A stretch of DNA of 64,000 nucleotides from contig CANSMW010000007.1 in NCBI GenBank assembly GCA_947648215.1, positions 7,082 to 71,081 on the forward strand. Direction: 5' to 3'. Source of the stretch: an uncultured Clostridium sp. (GTDB lineage: Bacteria; Bacillota; Clostridia; TANB77; CAG-508). A program made the position numbers and the translations under genes. Below are positions 34,527 through 46,321 of the stretch, piece by piece (the stretch's first letter is position 1; every line of letters starts with the position of its first letter). The notes beneath the pieces were generated by a model. It did no database searches. It worked only from the letters and a program-made list of their open reading frames with translations, and had not been told where the DNA came from.

Positions 34527-36818
34527 ATGTTATGTTCTGTATGTAAGAAAAACACAGCGATTATTTTTGTGAATAAACAAGATGAAAAAGGTGAGCAGTC
34601 TTTAGAGGGATTTTGTTATAATTGTGCCAAAGAAAAAGGGATTAATCCTTTGGAGGTACTTACTAAACAATCCACAGTACTAGAAGGTGACCCTGTTAAT
34701 TTAGAAGATATGACAGCACAATTTGAAACGATTTTTAAAGATTTAACTGAAAATTTGTCCACAGAGGATATTCGTCTTGATTCTGCTACTGCTATTCCTT
34801 TTAATGCCCTATTTGGTGTGGGTGGAAAAATGGAAGATAGTGAAGATTCCAATGCCACTACTGGTTCGAATAAAAAAGTAAAAGTTGATAAAAAAGTAAA
34901 GCAGAAAAAGACGAAATTTTTAGATACCTATGGCACTAATTTAACAAATAAAGCACGAAACAATGAATTAGACCTAGTAATTGGAAGAGATCGAGAAATT
35001 CAACGAATGATTCAAATTTTAAACAGACGTGCCAAAAACAATCCTTGTTTAATTGGAGAACCAGGGGTTGGAAAAACAGCCATTGCACAAGGTCTTGCCA
35101 TTAAAATTGCGGCTGGAAAAGTGCCTGCTAAATTATTAAACAAAGACGTATATTTACTCGATATGACGGCTATTTTAGCGGGAACCCAGTTTCGTGGTCA
35201 GTTTGAAGGCAGAATGAAAACCTTAATTGATGAATGTAAAGCTTGTGGGAATATTATTTTGGTAATTGATGAAATTCATAATATTATGGGAGCAGGTGAT
35301 GCAGAAAATTCTGCCAATGCTGCCAATATTTTAAAGCCTTCGCTTGCTAATGGCGAGATTCAATTAATTGGTACTACTACCCTTCGTGAATACCGTAAAC
35401 ATATTGAAAAAGATACCGCACTTGAAAGAAGATTTCAACCAATTTTAGTAGAAGAACCAAGTGTAGAAGATACCATTAAAATTATCGAGGGAATTAAAAA
35501 ATATTACGAAGAATATCATAAGGTAAAAATTTCGACCAATGTCATTGAAAAAATGGTCAATATGTCTGAAAAATACATTCATGACCGCTTTTTACCAGAT
35601 AAGGCGATTGATATTTTAGATGAAGCATGTTCTCGTATCAATTTAAATAATAAAGAACTATACCAGTTAGAGTTATTAAAAAATGAATTAAAAGCCGTAC
35701 AAGAAGAAAAAGAAGAAGCGGCCACTGCTGACTCTGCCGAAGATTACCAAAAAGCTGCCGATTTAAAAACCAAGGAATGTAGGTTAGAAGAACAAATTGC
35801 TCTTCTTACCAAAAAAGCCAAACCAAAGCAATTAACGTTACAAGACATCGCCCTTGTGATTGAACATTGGACGAAAATTCCAGTCCAAAAAATTACGGAG
35901 GAAGAAACCAAAAAATTACTTTCTTTGGAAGAAAATTTGCACAAACGAATTATTGGGCAAAACGAAGCCGTTTGTGCTGTGGCAAGAGCCATTAGGAGAA
36001 ACCGTGCAGGGTTAAAAAGTACCAAACGTCCACCTTCTTTCATCTTTGTTGGTCCTACTGGAGTAGGAAAAACAGAGCTTGCTAAAGCCTTAAGTTATGA
36101 AATGTTTGGAAAAAGTGATGCCATCATTCGTATTGATATGTCGGAATACATGGAAAGCCATTCCACTTCTAAACTAATTGGCTCTCCTCCAGGATATGTA
36201 GGATATGATGATGCAGGGCAACTAACCGAAAAAGTAAAAAGACATCCTTATTCTATCTTATTATTTGATGAAATTGAAAAAGCACATCCAGATGTATTTA
36301 ATATTCTTCTTCAAGTATTAGATGATGGAAAATTAACCGATTCACAAGGAAATGCAGTTAGTTTTGAAAATACGATTATTATTATGACCTCTAATGCAGG
36401 TTCTCACTTAAATAACAACTCGATTGGTTTTGGAAAAGAATCCACTATTGATAAAACAAAAATACAAGATAGTTTAAAACAAACTTTCCGCCCTGAATTT
36501 TTAAACCGAATTGATGAAATTATTATTTTTGATAGTTTGAATAAGGAACAATTATTACAAATTGTGGATTTAATGTTGCAAGATACCAAAACAGCTTTAG
36601 AAAACAAGCTAATTACAATGGAAATCAGCCTTCCAGCAAAAGAATATCTGCTAGCCAAAGGAACAGATTACAAATATGGAGCAAGACCTCTTCGTAGAGC
36701 CATTCAACGCTATGTTGAAGATATTCTATCAGAAATGATTTTACGCTCCGAATTATGTGATGGGCAAACAGTTTTTATTGATTTCTCGAAAGAGGAATTG
36801 GTGTTTGAAGTAAAATAG
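34527..36818 (+). CDS. clpE: ATP-dependent Clp protease ATP-binding subunit ClpE (N-terminal zinc finger plus two AAA+ modules).
   Basis: N-terminal C-x2-C…C-x2-C (MLCSVCKKN…CYNCAKE). Two Walker A motifs (GEPGVGKTA, GPTGVGKTE). The 763-aa length fits. Confidence 0.85.
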   Translation: MLCSVCKKNTAIIFVNKQDEKGEQSLEGFCYNCAKEKGINPLEVLTKQSTVLEGDPVNLEDMTAQFETIFKDLTENLSTEDIRLDSATAIPFNALFGVGGKMEDSEDSNATTGSNKKVKVDKKVKQKKTKFLDTYGTNLTNKARNNELDLVIGRDREIQRMIQILNRRAKNNPCLIGEPGVGKTAIAQGLAIKIAAGKVPAKLLNKDVYLLDMTAILAGTQFRGQFEGRMKTLIDECKACGNIILVIDEIHNIMGAGDAENSANAANILKPSLANGEIQLIGTTTLREYRKHIEKDTALERRFQPILVEEPSVEDTIKIIEGIKKYYEEYHKVKISTNVIEKMVNMSEKYIHDRFLPDKAIDILDEACSRINLNNKELYQLELLKNELKAVQEEKEEAATADSAEDYQKAADLKTKECRLEEQIALLTKKAKPKQLTLQDIALVIEHWTKIPVQKITEEETKKLLSLEENLHKRIIGQNEAVCAVARAIRRNRAGLKSTKRPPSFIFVGPTGVGKTELAKALSYEMFGKSDAIIRIDMSEYMESHSTSKLIGSPPGYVGYDDAGQLTEKVKRHPYSILLFDEIEKAHPDVFNILLQVLDDGKLTDSQGNAVSFENTIIIMTSNAGSHLNNNSIGFGKESTIDKTKIQDSLKQTFRPEFLNRIDEIIIFDSLNKEQLLQIVDLMLQDTKTALENKLITMEISLPAKEYLLAKGTDYKYGARPLRRAIQRYVEDILSEMILRSELCDGQTVFIDFSKEELVFEVK

Positions 36819-36834
36819 AATAAAATTTTCGCAT

Positions 36835-36876
36835 GCGGGTCGATGAAGGCATCGACCCCTACATTTTTTCATTTTC
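36835..36876 (+). terminator. clpE terminator hairpin with a tail related to repeat family 2.
   Basis: GGGTCGATG-AAGG-CATCGACCC followed by CTACATTTTTTCATTTTC. The 21-nt tail matches 5518..5538 with 2 mismatches. Confidence 0.6.
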
Positions 36877-36974
36877 TCGATTTATGAATATCTTCTTAAT
36901 CTTCCCTAAAATTACTTGACGAATTTTATCAAAAATTGTATGATATAATATATTACATAAGGGAGGATTTTTCC

Positions 36975-37580
36975 ATGGCAAAACATATACCTAACGCATT
37001 AACCATACTTCGTTTTATTTTAATTCCTTTTATTGTAGGATATTTAAGCGAAGAAAATTATATATTAGCATTTGTTTTTCTGACTCTTTCTGGATTAACG
37101 GATGTATTAGACGGCTTTATTGCTCGTAAATTTAATTTTATTACGAACTTTGGAAAACTGATTGACCCACTTGCCGATAAAGCAACGCAAGTTTCTGTAC
37201 TTGCCACCCTTACCTTACAACACATTATTCCTTTATGGATTTTAATTATTGTTTTACTAAAAGAATGTATCATGATTGCAGGAGCTTCTTTCCTTTATGG
37301 AAAAGAATTAGTGGTATCTAGCAAATGGTATGGAAAACTTTCGACCGTATTGTTTTACATTGCCATTGTAAGCTCTTTCTTTATTAAACAATTTAATATA
37401 ACCACCTTTAATCATCCAGAATATAGTATGAGTCCTTTACCAGCATTTGACCAATATATTTACTATTTAGCCTTAATGATGACCATTTTCTCCCTTGTTA
37501 TGTACTTTAGGGCCTTTTATACACAAGGATATCTAAAAAAAGAAAATTTAACAATTAATGACGAAACCATACAAAAATAG
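36975..37580 (+). CDS. pgsA: CDP-diacylglycerol--glycerol-3-phosphate 3-phosphatidyltransferase.
   Basis: CDP-alcohol phosphatidyltransferase motif DGFIARKFNFITNFGKLIDPLADK. GGGAGG ribosome-binding site upstream of MAKHIPNALT. Confidence 0.8.
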   Translation: MAKHIPNALTILRFILIPFIVGYLSEENYILAFVFLTLSGLTDVLDGFIARKFNFITNFGKLIDPLADKATQVSVLATLTLQHIIPLWILIIVLLKECIMIAGASFLYGKELVVSSKWYGKLSTVLFYIAIVSSFFIKQFNITTFNHPEYSMSPLPAFDQYIYYLALMMTIFSLVMYFRAFYTQGYLKKENLTINDETIQK

Positions 37581-37622
37581 AAGAGAATTTAGGCCTCTCT
37601 TCTATTTTCTCATATTTTTCTT

Positions 37623-38219
37623 TTACTCATAATCCTCAAGCGTACTATTTAGTTCCTCTTCCCCATAAATTCGAATTCCTTCTTCTAAGCGTAATTTATC
37701 GTTTTCGGTTAAATATTCTACGGTAATACCAGTTTCTTCTTTTAATACTTCTTCATTATTATCTTTTACTTGATATACCGCAATAATTCCGTCTTTCTCG
37801 CGTATGACAAAATGTTCATTACAAGTACTATTCATTCTTTTTCGTAATACCACTCGGCTACTTGAAAATTCTTGTACTTCCCAATCCTCTTGCAATTCTT
37901 CTAATTCTTCTTTTGTTTTATTTACATATTCCTCCGGAATTTTAACATACTCTTTTATGGTATGGTCGCATTCCTCATAATATTTCTCAAGAACCAAGGT
38001 TGCTTTTGGTGAAATTTTCTCCTTTTCCACACTACTTACACTAATCTCATTTACAATCATATTGTCTTTCAAAATATTTTGCTCTTGAACGGTATTTTTA
38101 AATTCTGCCTGCATACGTGGCTCTTGTTTCGGACTACTATTTTGAAACAAATAATATCCCACTAAAATAGCAACTAAAATGATAATCATAACCCCAATTA
38201 CATACATCCATTTTTTCAT
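37623..38219 (-). CDS. Hypothetical membrane-anchored protein.
   Basis: N-terminal TM (MKKWMYVIGVMIIILVAILVGYYLF). No recognisable motif. Confidence 0.4.
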   Translation of the reverse strand: MKKWMYVIGVMIIILVAILVGYYLFQNSSPKQEPRMQAEFKNTVQEQNILKDNMIVNEISVSSVEKEKISPKATLVLEKYYEECDHTIKEYVKIPEEYVNKTKEELEELQEDWEVQEFSSSRVVLRKRMNSTCNEHFVIREKDGIIAVYQVKDNNEEVLKEETGITVEYLTENDKLRLEEGIRIYGEEELNSTLEDYE

Positions 38220-38243
38220 TACTTATTCCTTCTTTCCTTTTAA

Positions 38244-38549
38244 TCATCTGTCTTTTATAGTATTTTCAAAAATGGAATTTTTATACAAGGAAGCTAAGCA
38301 ATATTCTTTCTTAATTTTAACATCTATTTGAGATTGTATTTTTTCGATTTCTTTCAAATTATTTTCTGATAATAATTTTACATTTTGAATCTCCTTTGTG
38401 CTTGCTTCAATCTGATCAATTGCTAATCTCATGAAGTCAAATATATTTTGTGGGGTTTCTACTATTGTTCTATATCTCTTTTCTACTTCAATAAAATACC
38501 TTCTAATGGTTCTTCCTATTTCATTATTTTCTATCATTTTATAATCCAT
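38244..38549 (-). CDS. Hypothetical small coiled-coil protein.
   Basis: ORF-level support only. Confidence 0.3.
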   Translation of the reverse strand: MDYKMIENNEIGRTIRRYFIEVEKRYRTIVETPQNIFDFMRLAIDQIEASTKEIQNVKLLSENNLKEIEKIQSQIDVKIKKEYCLASLYKNSIFENTIKDR

Positions 38550-38733
38550 TTTTCAATCTCCTTTTTATCGTTTTTAGATCATCCTTTTAACGTTTCCTAA
38601 TTTAGGCAAATGCTAAAGAATCTTTACTCTTATCAAAATTGTTCAAATCTATTTTAACATCTTATCTATCCAAACCTTCCCATTCTGATTCACTCGTATG
38701 GTAATTTCCCCATTTTCATCGGTTCGCAATATT

Positions 38734-41038
38734 TTACTCCCGTATTTGTTTTAGTCTTTCTAAAACTTCGCCATTGGGATGTCCAAATAGGTTATTTTCT
38801 CCTACTCCAATCAGTGCTATTTTTGGGGTTACTGCTTTTAGAAATTCTCCAGTTGTGGAGGTTTTTGAGCCATGATGAGGAACTTTGAGGACTGTGGCTT
38901 TTAATCTATTCGTTTTTTTATAAAGGTTTAATAGTTTTTGTTCTGCTTCTTTTTCGATGTCTCCTGTAAATAACATTTTAAAATTGCCATAGTTTAGTTT
39001 TAATACAAGAGAATTATTGTTTAACCCTTGTAATGTTAAGGGTTCTTCTGGGAATAATACTTCGAGGCATAGGTCTTTTTCTATTTTAATTTGATTTCCT
39101 TTTTCTACGGTTTGTATGGAAACCTTTTTCCTTTTTGCTTGTTCGATGATGGTTTTATATTCTTCCGATTCTTCTTTTTGTTTTCCGATAATAAGCTTGT
39201 TTACTTCCAACTTCTCTAATATTGCCATTAATCCATTGCAGTGGTCGGCATCAAAATGGGACACCACCATCAAATCGATTTTCTTGATGCCATGATTTAA
39301 TAAATAGGGAAGTAAAACCCTTTTTCCTACATCATATTTTTCCAAATTTACACTTCCTCCTCCATCCATTAAAATGGTTCTATGGTTTGGAGTAGTAACC
39401 AATGTGCAATCTCCTTGCCCTACATCGATAAAGTGAATACTAAGGTCCTGTGGCAAGGTTTTAAAAACAAAACAACTGATCATTATAATGGTAAGCACGA
39501 CTACTACTCTTTTTTTATTTCTCCATAGCCACTTTTTCCTATGTTCTATTCCTTTTAAAAATTGCTTGTGAATTCTCCTTTTATCCGTTTTTTGGCTTAT
39601 GTTTTGGATAGATACCCATGTTAGCAAACTACAGTAATACAATACAACAACAAGGATTGGTGGTGAGCAAACAAGAACCTGCGACAATGGTAATTTAGAA
39701 AAAAACTCACTCATCCCAATTAATATGGAAAGTACAATACCTAATATGTTAGCTACAAATGGAATAGAAATCGGGATACTTACTAAAAAACCAAGCATAA
39801 CAATCATTCCCATTAGAAAACTAACCATCATATTGGAAAGAAGAAATGTGAAGGAAATCGTTTGAAAAAACACCATGCTAATCGGTAAAATTACAAACCA
39901 TGCAGAAGCCGATACGATACTAATCTCTTTTAATTTGGTAATCCATTTTTGTTTTTCGGTTTCTTCTTGTTTTTTTCCTATTTTGGCTTTTAATATTGGT
40001 ACAAACCCTATTATTCCTAGTGTTGCACTATAAGATAAAATAAGCCCTGTATTGGTAATGGCAAACGGATTTTGTAGTAAAATCAAGCCTAAAGAAATTG
40101 CCATGTTATTGATGATATCGTTTTTTCTACAAACCAATACCGCTATATTTCCTAACATTGCCATTACACAAGCACGCCTTACCGAAGGAGTTCCGATTGG
40201 TAAGTATGATAAAAAAACTAAGCAGTAGCACGATACCAATTTTTGTCTTTCTTTTTCCCACTCCTACTTTTTCTCCGAAGCCAATTCACAATTGCTATCA
40301 AATACGCTACATGCATTCCCGATACAGCTAAGATATGTGACAAACTACTCTGTCTAAAGTTTTCTTTTACCTCTTCTTCCATCCCATCATCATTTCCTAA
40401 TAAAATACCAAGTAAGATATCTTGATGATTTTTATTTAGCAGTTTCTTACGAATTTGCTCCTCCATAGCTTTTTGTATGTTACAAGCAAACTTTTTTACA
40501 ACATTTCCTTTATCCTTGCTAAGAACTTGCACTTTTTTTACTGTAACTGTTCCGAACAATACCGGTTTGATTGTAAATATTTTCTATTATCAAAGCCTTT
40601 GTCATTTCTAGCACTGTCTGGTTTATGATATTCCCCAAGAAAGGAAATTTCATCTCCATATTCTAACTTACTTTCTTTGGTGATACGCATATTTACCATG
40701 ATGTTACAAGAGTGTTTCTCAATCTTTTTTATTTCTACTTGATACTGTGTTACTTGCTCCTTTTGAATTGGATTACTAACCACTACTCCTACATAATTTT
40801 TTCCCATTTCCATTTGCCTATTTTTTTGTTCATATTTCTTATTTTCGATTTTGGTAATCAAGGTAGCCATTAAAAGACAAGCCAAAAACACCATTAGCCA
40901 TTTTCTAAAAGCTAGCACCTCATCATACCTTTTTATTTTTTTATTTTTCGTGATTCCATAAGTCAAAATCCAAAAAAATCCTACGACAAAAAGAGCTATA
41001 CTAATATGACAGTATAGCCCAAATACAATTCCTATCAT
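38734..41038 (-). pseudogene. comEC: DNA internalization competence protein ComEC/Rec2, split into three ORFs by two frameshifts.
   Basis: A 166-aa N-terminal membrane segment, a 113-aa competence-domain segment (…AVSGMHVAYL…) and a 501-aa segment with a C-terminal metallo-beta-lactamase domain (DVGQGDCTLV…MDGGG…HFDADH…VPHHGS). Confidence 0.75.
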
Positions 41039-41121
41039 CCATCCGAATGGTAATGATTACCATTGGTCGTTTTACCATAAGCAATCCTTCTTTCTTTTTA
41101 AGAAGGTTCCTAAATGTTTTC

Positions 41122-42612
41122 TTAGAATATCCTTACTGCTGTTACATATCTCGTTTTATATGAACCGCTATTTAAGGATGATGTAATCACTCCCGTTTTT
41201 TCTGTTGACGCATGAATAAATTGATTGTTTCCTATATAAATTCCACAGTGTCCAATTCCTTTGTGGGTTTTGTAATCAGAGAAAAATACAATATCTCCTT
41301 GTTGTAAATTTGCCTTTTCTACTTTGGTTCCTTTTTTGGATTGTGCAGAAGACGAATGTGGTAAACTTACTCCAAATTGTTTGTACACATACATTACAAA
41401 TCCAGAACAGTCAAACCCAGAAGGTGTGGTTCCTCCATATACATAACGAGAACCTAGATATTGTTTTGCATATTTCACAAGCTCGCTTGTTTTACTTGTT
41501 GTAGTTTCTTTTTTGGTTTCTTCCACTGGTACTTCTTGTATGTTGGTAACTTCGGCATTTCTTGCTTCTGAACTTCTTGAAGTTACTTCCACTTTTTCAT
41601 CGGAAAGATATTTTTTTGGTGCATACCCTTCGGTATTTTTGTAGGTTATTTTGCACCAAGTACCTTCTTCTTTCACAATAGTTACTTTTGCATTTTTACC
41701 AAGTACATCTACAATTTCACTTTCCGTTGATGCTTCTTTTCGAATGTTTAACCCATCGGATGAAACATAGGCAGTTTTATTTTCTTGCACTGTTTCTTGT
41801 GGTGTATCGTTTTGTTCTGGTTCTTTGGTTGTTTCTGGTTTTGTTGTTTCTTCATCCTTTGGCGTTTCTTCTACTGGTACACTTGTTGGCACCGTTTCTT
41901 CTTGTTTTTGTACGGCTAATTTTTCTTTTCTTAACCAACCGGTTTTACCATTGATAGAAAGATACACCCATCCATTTGCTATATTGATTACCGTTCCTTG
42001 TTCATTTTGCTTTACAGTTCCAATTTTCATGGAATTTACTAATGGTCGTAAAGATAATGTTACTTCACTTGTAATAAATACCTTACTTCCTTCTTTTATC
42101 TCGGTTTGTATATCCGTTACTGGTGCACTTACCTGTGTGGTTGTTTGATTGTCCACCGTATTTGTTACTGGTTCTTCGTTTGGCGTATTACCTGCTGTAT
42201 TTGTATTATTACCTTCCTTCGTTTCTTGGCTCTGTTCATTGCTATTTTTATTATTTTCCTTTGTCTGTTGGTTACTATTTTCGTTATTTTCTTTTGTTTC
42301 TTGGCTTTGTCCTTTTGTATTCTTTTCGTTATCATCACTGTTTTCCCTGTTTGTTATTTCTACTAGTTCTTTTTTTACATACCCTTTTATCTTTTTATAA
42401 TTGACACGATACCAATTTCCCTCTTCTTCTAGTATTTCAAATTCGTCTCCTTTTGGTATAATTTCAAGAGTAATCGAACTTTCTTCTATGGTCTTTTTTA
42501 ATTTTGCATTTTGGGTTGCCTTTCCTGAGGCTACTCCAAATACTACTGTTGTGGCGGTTAGAATAAGTAGAAATAGAAGTAACGTGATGATTGCTTTTTT
42601 CAGGTTTGCCAT
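41122..42612 (-). CDS. NlpC/P60-family peptidoglycan endopeptidase with N-terminal SH3b domains and a repetitive N/E/T/Q-rich linker.
   Basis: C-terminal catalytic Cys motif DCSGFVMYVYKQFGV and a His-containing downstream block. The linker is a tandem degenerate repeat (KENNENSNQQTKENNKNSNEQSQETKEGNN). Confidence 0.8.
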   Translation of the reverse strand: MANLKKAIITLLLFLLILTATTVVFGVASGKATQNAKLKKTIEESSITLEIIPKGDEFEILEEEGNWYRVNYKKIKGYVKKELVEITNRENSDDNEKNTKGQSQETKENNENSNQQTKENNKNSNEQSQETKEGNNTNTAGNTPNEEPVTNTVDNQTTTQVSAPVTDIQTEIKEGSKVFITSEVTLSLRPLVNSMKIGTVKQNEQGTVINIANGWVYLSINGKTGWLRKEKLAVQKQEETVPTSVPVEETPKDEETTKPETTKEPEQNDTPQETVQENKTAYVSSDGLNIRKEASTESEIVDVLGKNAKVTIVKEEGTWCKITYKNTEGYAPKKYLSDEKVEVTSRSSEARNAEVTNIQEVPVEETKKETTTSKTSELVKYAKQYLGSRYVYGGTTPSGFDCSGFVMYVYKQFGVSLPHSSSAQSKKGTKVEKANLQQGDIVFFSDYKTHKGIGHCGIYIGNNQFIHASTEKTGVITSSLNSGSYKTRYVTAVRIF

Positions 42613-42736
42613 AACAAAATTCCATTCCTTTCTTGCTTTGCTTGAAAGACACCTATAATTATGAAAAGTTTATTTTCAAATTACAATATCCTTCTGTTTG
42701 CGACTTTTCGTATTATATCTCATCTACCCAAAAAAG

Positions 42737-44017
42737 TCAATTTTGAATTCGGCAAATAATTCGCTTACACTCTTCATATATACTTTTTTCATCGATTTTC
42801 TTCATTTTTCTATTTTCCATTAAAATTTTTCCATTAATAATAGTGGTTTCGACATTTGTCCCCTTTATATTATATACGATTTCGGAAAAAATGTTATTCA
42901 CTGGCTGACTTACTGCTTCTTCTACATTTAAGATAATCATATCTGCCTTTTTTCCTTCTTCCAAACTTCCTACTTCATCTAACCCTAGTGCCTTTGCACC
43001 ATTTATCGTGGCCATTTTTAATACTTCATAGGCTGGTAATTTCGTTGGGTCTTTTGTGATTCCTTTTTGCAAAAGAGCAGTAAATTTCATGGTTTCAAAC
43101 AAATCTAAATTACTACCACTTCCTTGCCCATCGGTGCCAATGCTAACCGTTATTCCATTCTCCTTCATGCTTGTAATATCCGAGATGCCACAACCAAGTT
43201 TTAAGTTGCTAACTGGACAGTGGGCAATCGAAATATTTTCTTTTGACAATTCTTCAATTTCTTGTTTCGTTAATTTTACCGCATGTGCTAATATCACATG
43301 CATCCCTTTAAAATAACGTTTGATTAATTCCACTGGACTTTGTACTTGGTATTGGTTTTTAATGTCCTCCGCTTCTTGGTCATTTTCGCAAAAATGAATA
43401 TGGATTGGTAAATGGTATTCTTTAGCAAGATGCACACATTTTTTAAGATATGCGTCATTTGTGGTATAAAACCCATGAATTCCAATATTAAAGGTAATAT
43501 TGTCTTGTTTTTCCTGATAGATATTTAATAATTCTTTTAATTCCTGGATTCGTGTATCTCCATCGCCAGTCATATCCATTAAGGTTCTAGTCGTTTGCAT
43601 ACGAACTCCTACCTCTATTGCTGCATTTATAATTTCCTCTGTCATAAAATACATATCATTTATTGTGGTGGTTCCTGTTTTTATCATTTCTACAAAAGAT
43701 AGTAAAGAAGCATAATAAATATCTTCTTTGGTCAATTTATCCTCCATTGGCCAAATTTTCTTTTCTAGCCAATCTTGTGTAATATAGCCATCCACGGTTT
43801 CACGAAAAATACTCATTGGCACATGGGCATGAGTATTAATAAGCCCCGGCATAACAATCTTGCCACTTGCCTGTATTACCTTATCAGCATTTTCACAAAT
43901 TTCTTTTCCAATCTTCTTAATCCTAGTATCTTCAATCAAAATATCCGTATTTTCCTCCAATTTAGGACGCGTTTCCTCCATAGAAATCACATTGGCATTT
44001 TTAATTAAAATTCGCAT
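42737..44017 (-). CDS. Amidohydrolase-family deaminase (MtaD-like 5-methylthioadenosine/S-adenosylhomocysteine deaminase or chlorohydrolase).
   Basis: MRILIKNANV…PGLINTHAHVPMS metal-binding HxH motif. AGGAGGG ribosome-binding site before MRIL. Confidence 0.7.
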   Translation of the reverse strand: MRILIKNANVISMEETRPKLEENTDILIEDTRIKKIGKEICENADKVIQASGKIVMPGLINTHAHVPMSIFRETVDGYITQDWLEKKIWPMEDKLTKEDIYYASLLSFVEMIKTGTTTINDMYFMTEEIINAAIEVGVRMQTTRTLMDMTGDGDTRIQELKELLNIYQEKQDNITFNIGIHGFYTTNDAYLKKCVHLAKEYHLPIHIHFCENDQEAEDIKNQYQVQSPVELIKRYFKGMHVILAHAVKLTKQEIEELSKENISIAHCPVSNLKLGCGISDITSMKENGITVSIGTDGQGSGSNLDLFETMKFTALLQKGITKDPTKLPAYEVLKMATINGAKALGLDEVGSLEEGKKADMIILNVEEAVSQPVNNIFSEIVYNIKGTNVETTIINGKILMENRKMKKIDEKSIYEECKRIICRIQN

Positions 44018-44337
44018 ACACACCCTCCTATTTTTTGTACCCAAAATATTGACAAACATCAATTCTTATCATATAATATAAATAATAAGAATAAGGGTTG
44101 TCCCTTATTCATGATTGTTTGTTAGATTTAATTGATATTCGCTGTTGCTGGGCGGATATCAACTTTTTCTTTGTTTAAATGGTCAAACAACTATTTGTAT
44201 TTTACCAAAATAAGTATGTAATGTCAATGGATTTTGTGACAAACCTAAGCAAATTTCATCTTTATGTTGACTTAAGCATATTTGTTGTGATATAATTATG
44301 CCCATACCATTTAGAAGAAAGGAGAAGTTGTCAGTAG

Positions 44338-45261
44338 ATGAATGCTAAAATGAGTTTGCTATATTTATTATACACTACATTCATGCTCATGCTAATTGCA
44401 TTCTTTTTAAAATTTGTACTACATATTGACATTGTTCCAGAAGAAACACAAGAATTTGTAATTCATGTCTGTAACACAAGAATCTTAGATTCAATCGATG
44501 AAGCAACAAAAACCTTAGACGAAACTTATAGTAACATTTCTGTTTATCTTATCGATACCTCAGAGAGTAAAAATGAGATTATTCGTCTTTATCATGATGT
44601 TACAAATGCACCAGTATGTAGTGAAGCGAATCGGTATTTCAATTCTTTAGCGGATTGTTTTGAACTATACGAACAAGAACTATCTAATATTCAAAGTGCT
44701 ATTTCCTTATATGAAGAAAATTATAATGCGTGTTTGGATTTAATATCTCGTATTCCATTATTTTCTACTTTTCGTGATAATAAGTACAATGAATTTATCG
44801 ATAGGTTTGAAACAGAATATCAAACAATTTGCGAAAAAAAGCAAAAATACCTCGAAGATAAAGAAGAACTTTATTCCCTTTATCTTGATGCAAAACAAAC
44901 AGCAGATGAACTTTTTGAGGAGTATTATCCTCTTATGTGTCATATTGTGTATGCTGAAGCAGGTATTTGTCCATTTATGGAGCAATGTTATGTTGCAAAT
45001 ACTATTGAAAATCGGATTAAACATAAAGAATATCCGAATACCATTCATGGTGTTATTTATGATTCTGGACAATATGAACCTGTTATGACTGGTTCTATTA
45101 ATATGACTCCGTCGAAAGCTGTTAAAGAAAATATGGAATTGTATTTACGAGGAAAAGTTGAAACAGAAATGCCAGATAATGTAGTATTTCAGGCCCTTTT
45201 TGAACAGGGTCATGGCAAATGGAAAGTTACACCCTTAGGACACTATTTTTGCTACTATTAA
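44338..45261 (+). CDS. Membrane-anchored SleB-like (Hydrolase_2) cell-wall hydrolase.
   Basis: C-terminal …HIVYAEAGICPFMEQCYVANTIENRIKHKEYPNTIHGVIYDSGQYEPV… matches the SleB cell-wall hydrolase domain. N-terminal TM. Confidence 0.55.
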   Translation: MNAKMSLLYLLYTTFMLMLIAFFLKFVLHIDIVPEETQEFVIHVCNTRILDSIDEATKTLDETYSNISVYLIDTSESKNEIIRLYHDVTNAPVCSEANRYFNSLADCFELYEQELSNIQSAISLYEENYNACLDLISRIPLFSTFRDNKYNEFIDRFETEYQTICEKKQKYLEDKEELYSLYLDAKQTADELFEEYYPLMCHIVYAEAGICPFMEQCYVANTIENRIKHKEYPNTIHGVIYDSGQYEPVMTGSINMTPSKAVKENMELYLRGKVETEMPDNVVFQALFEQGHGKWKVTPLGHYFCYY

Positions 45262-45274
45262 CACTTCTAAATGA

Positions 45275-45320
45275 AACAAAGCCGCAGTACCATTTTTATA
45301 ATAGTACTGCGGTTTTGCTA
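45275..45320. terminator. Bidirectional terminator between convergent genes.
   Basis: AAAGCCGCAGTAC…GTACTGCGGTTTT inverted repeat. Confidence 0.55.
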
Positions 45321-45354
45321 ATTCACTAGCAAAGAGAAAAATTAGAAGTCTACC

Positions 45355-46077
45355 TTAGCAAGTTTCTTGCACGTCAAAAGTATTATCGCTTGTTTCTTTT
45401 ACTTTTGAATGTTTTTTTATTTGAGCAATTAAAAAAATAGTACTGTGCCAAAGGAACTTAAAGATTATCAGCCAAGTGCTTACAGCTAAACCTATCATCT
45501 TTAAACAAACTTCTAAATAATGTGCTACTAAGTAATCCTCTCTTGAATTATAATTCCTAGTAGTAGGAATTTCATAGTAGGCTTTGGTTTCCATTTCAGA
45601 GGAATCAATTTCATTATCTTGTTCTTTCTCGGATGAATCGGAATTGGATATTTCGGCTTCATATGGCTTAAGTTCAGATAATTCTGTTGCAGATAATTCT
45701 GCACTAACCTCTGCCACAAAATGACCTCTTTGTTCCCGACATTCCAATATTATTTTACCGTTGTTAAATGAAATGTCATAGTTTTTCACTTCCTGTGCTA
45801 GGGCAATCGAGTCTGGTCCAAATTCCGTTACATTTCCTTCAATGGCTTTTTTTAGATTGTCATAAGCCTCTTCCGTGTAATTGTATGCTCCATTACCAAT
45901 ATAATACATACACGTAAAATAGGCTCCTGAAAAACATACACATAAGAGAATAATATCTACCCAAGTTACTTTGGGTTTCTTATGTTTCTCATACCACTGC
46001 AAAAATGTTACCCTTTCCTTCCGCTCTTCTTTCATCCTCCTTTGCTTCTTCCTCTCTTTCATACTTTTCTCCTTCAC
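45355..46077 (-). CDS. Hypothetical membrane protein with a basic N-terminus.
   Basis: ORF with TM segments. No recognisable motif. Confidence 0.35.
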   Translation of the reverse strand: MKEKSMKERKKQRRMKEERKERVTFLQWYEKHKKPKVTWVDIILLCVCFSGAYFTCMYYIGNGAYNYTEEAYDNLKKAIEGNVTEFGPDSIALAQEVKNYDISFNNGKIILECREQRGHFVAEVSAELSATELSELKPYEAEISNSDSSEKEQDNEIDSSEMETKAYYEIPTTRNYNSREDYLVAHYLEVCLKMIGLAVSTWLIIFKFLWHSTIFLIAQIKKHSKVKETSDNTFDVQETC

Positions 46078-46321
46078 TCTTTATTTCTGCATATTGCAGA
46101 TGATAAGTTATACTTGTGGTTTTTTCCACAAAGTGTCTACATTATATCACAAAATTATGTAAATTGCAATATAGCTTTTCAATTTACTAACACTAACATT
46201 TCAAATCTAGTTCTTTCCTCTCATGGTACTTTCACATTCTAAACTGAGTTGGGAAACAAAAAATAGCAAGGTAGTTACAATTTCTTGTAATCCTTGCTAT
46301 TTCTTGTTTTAAACGTATATC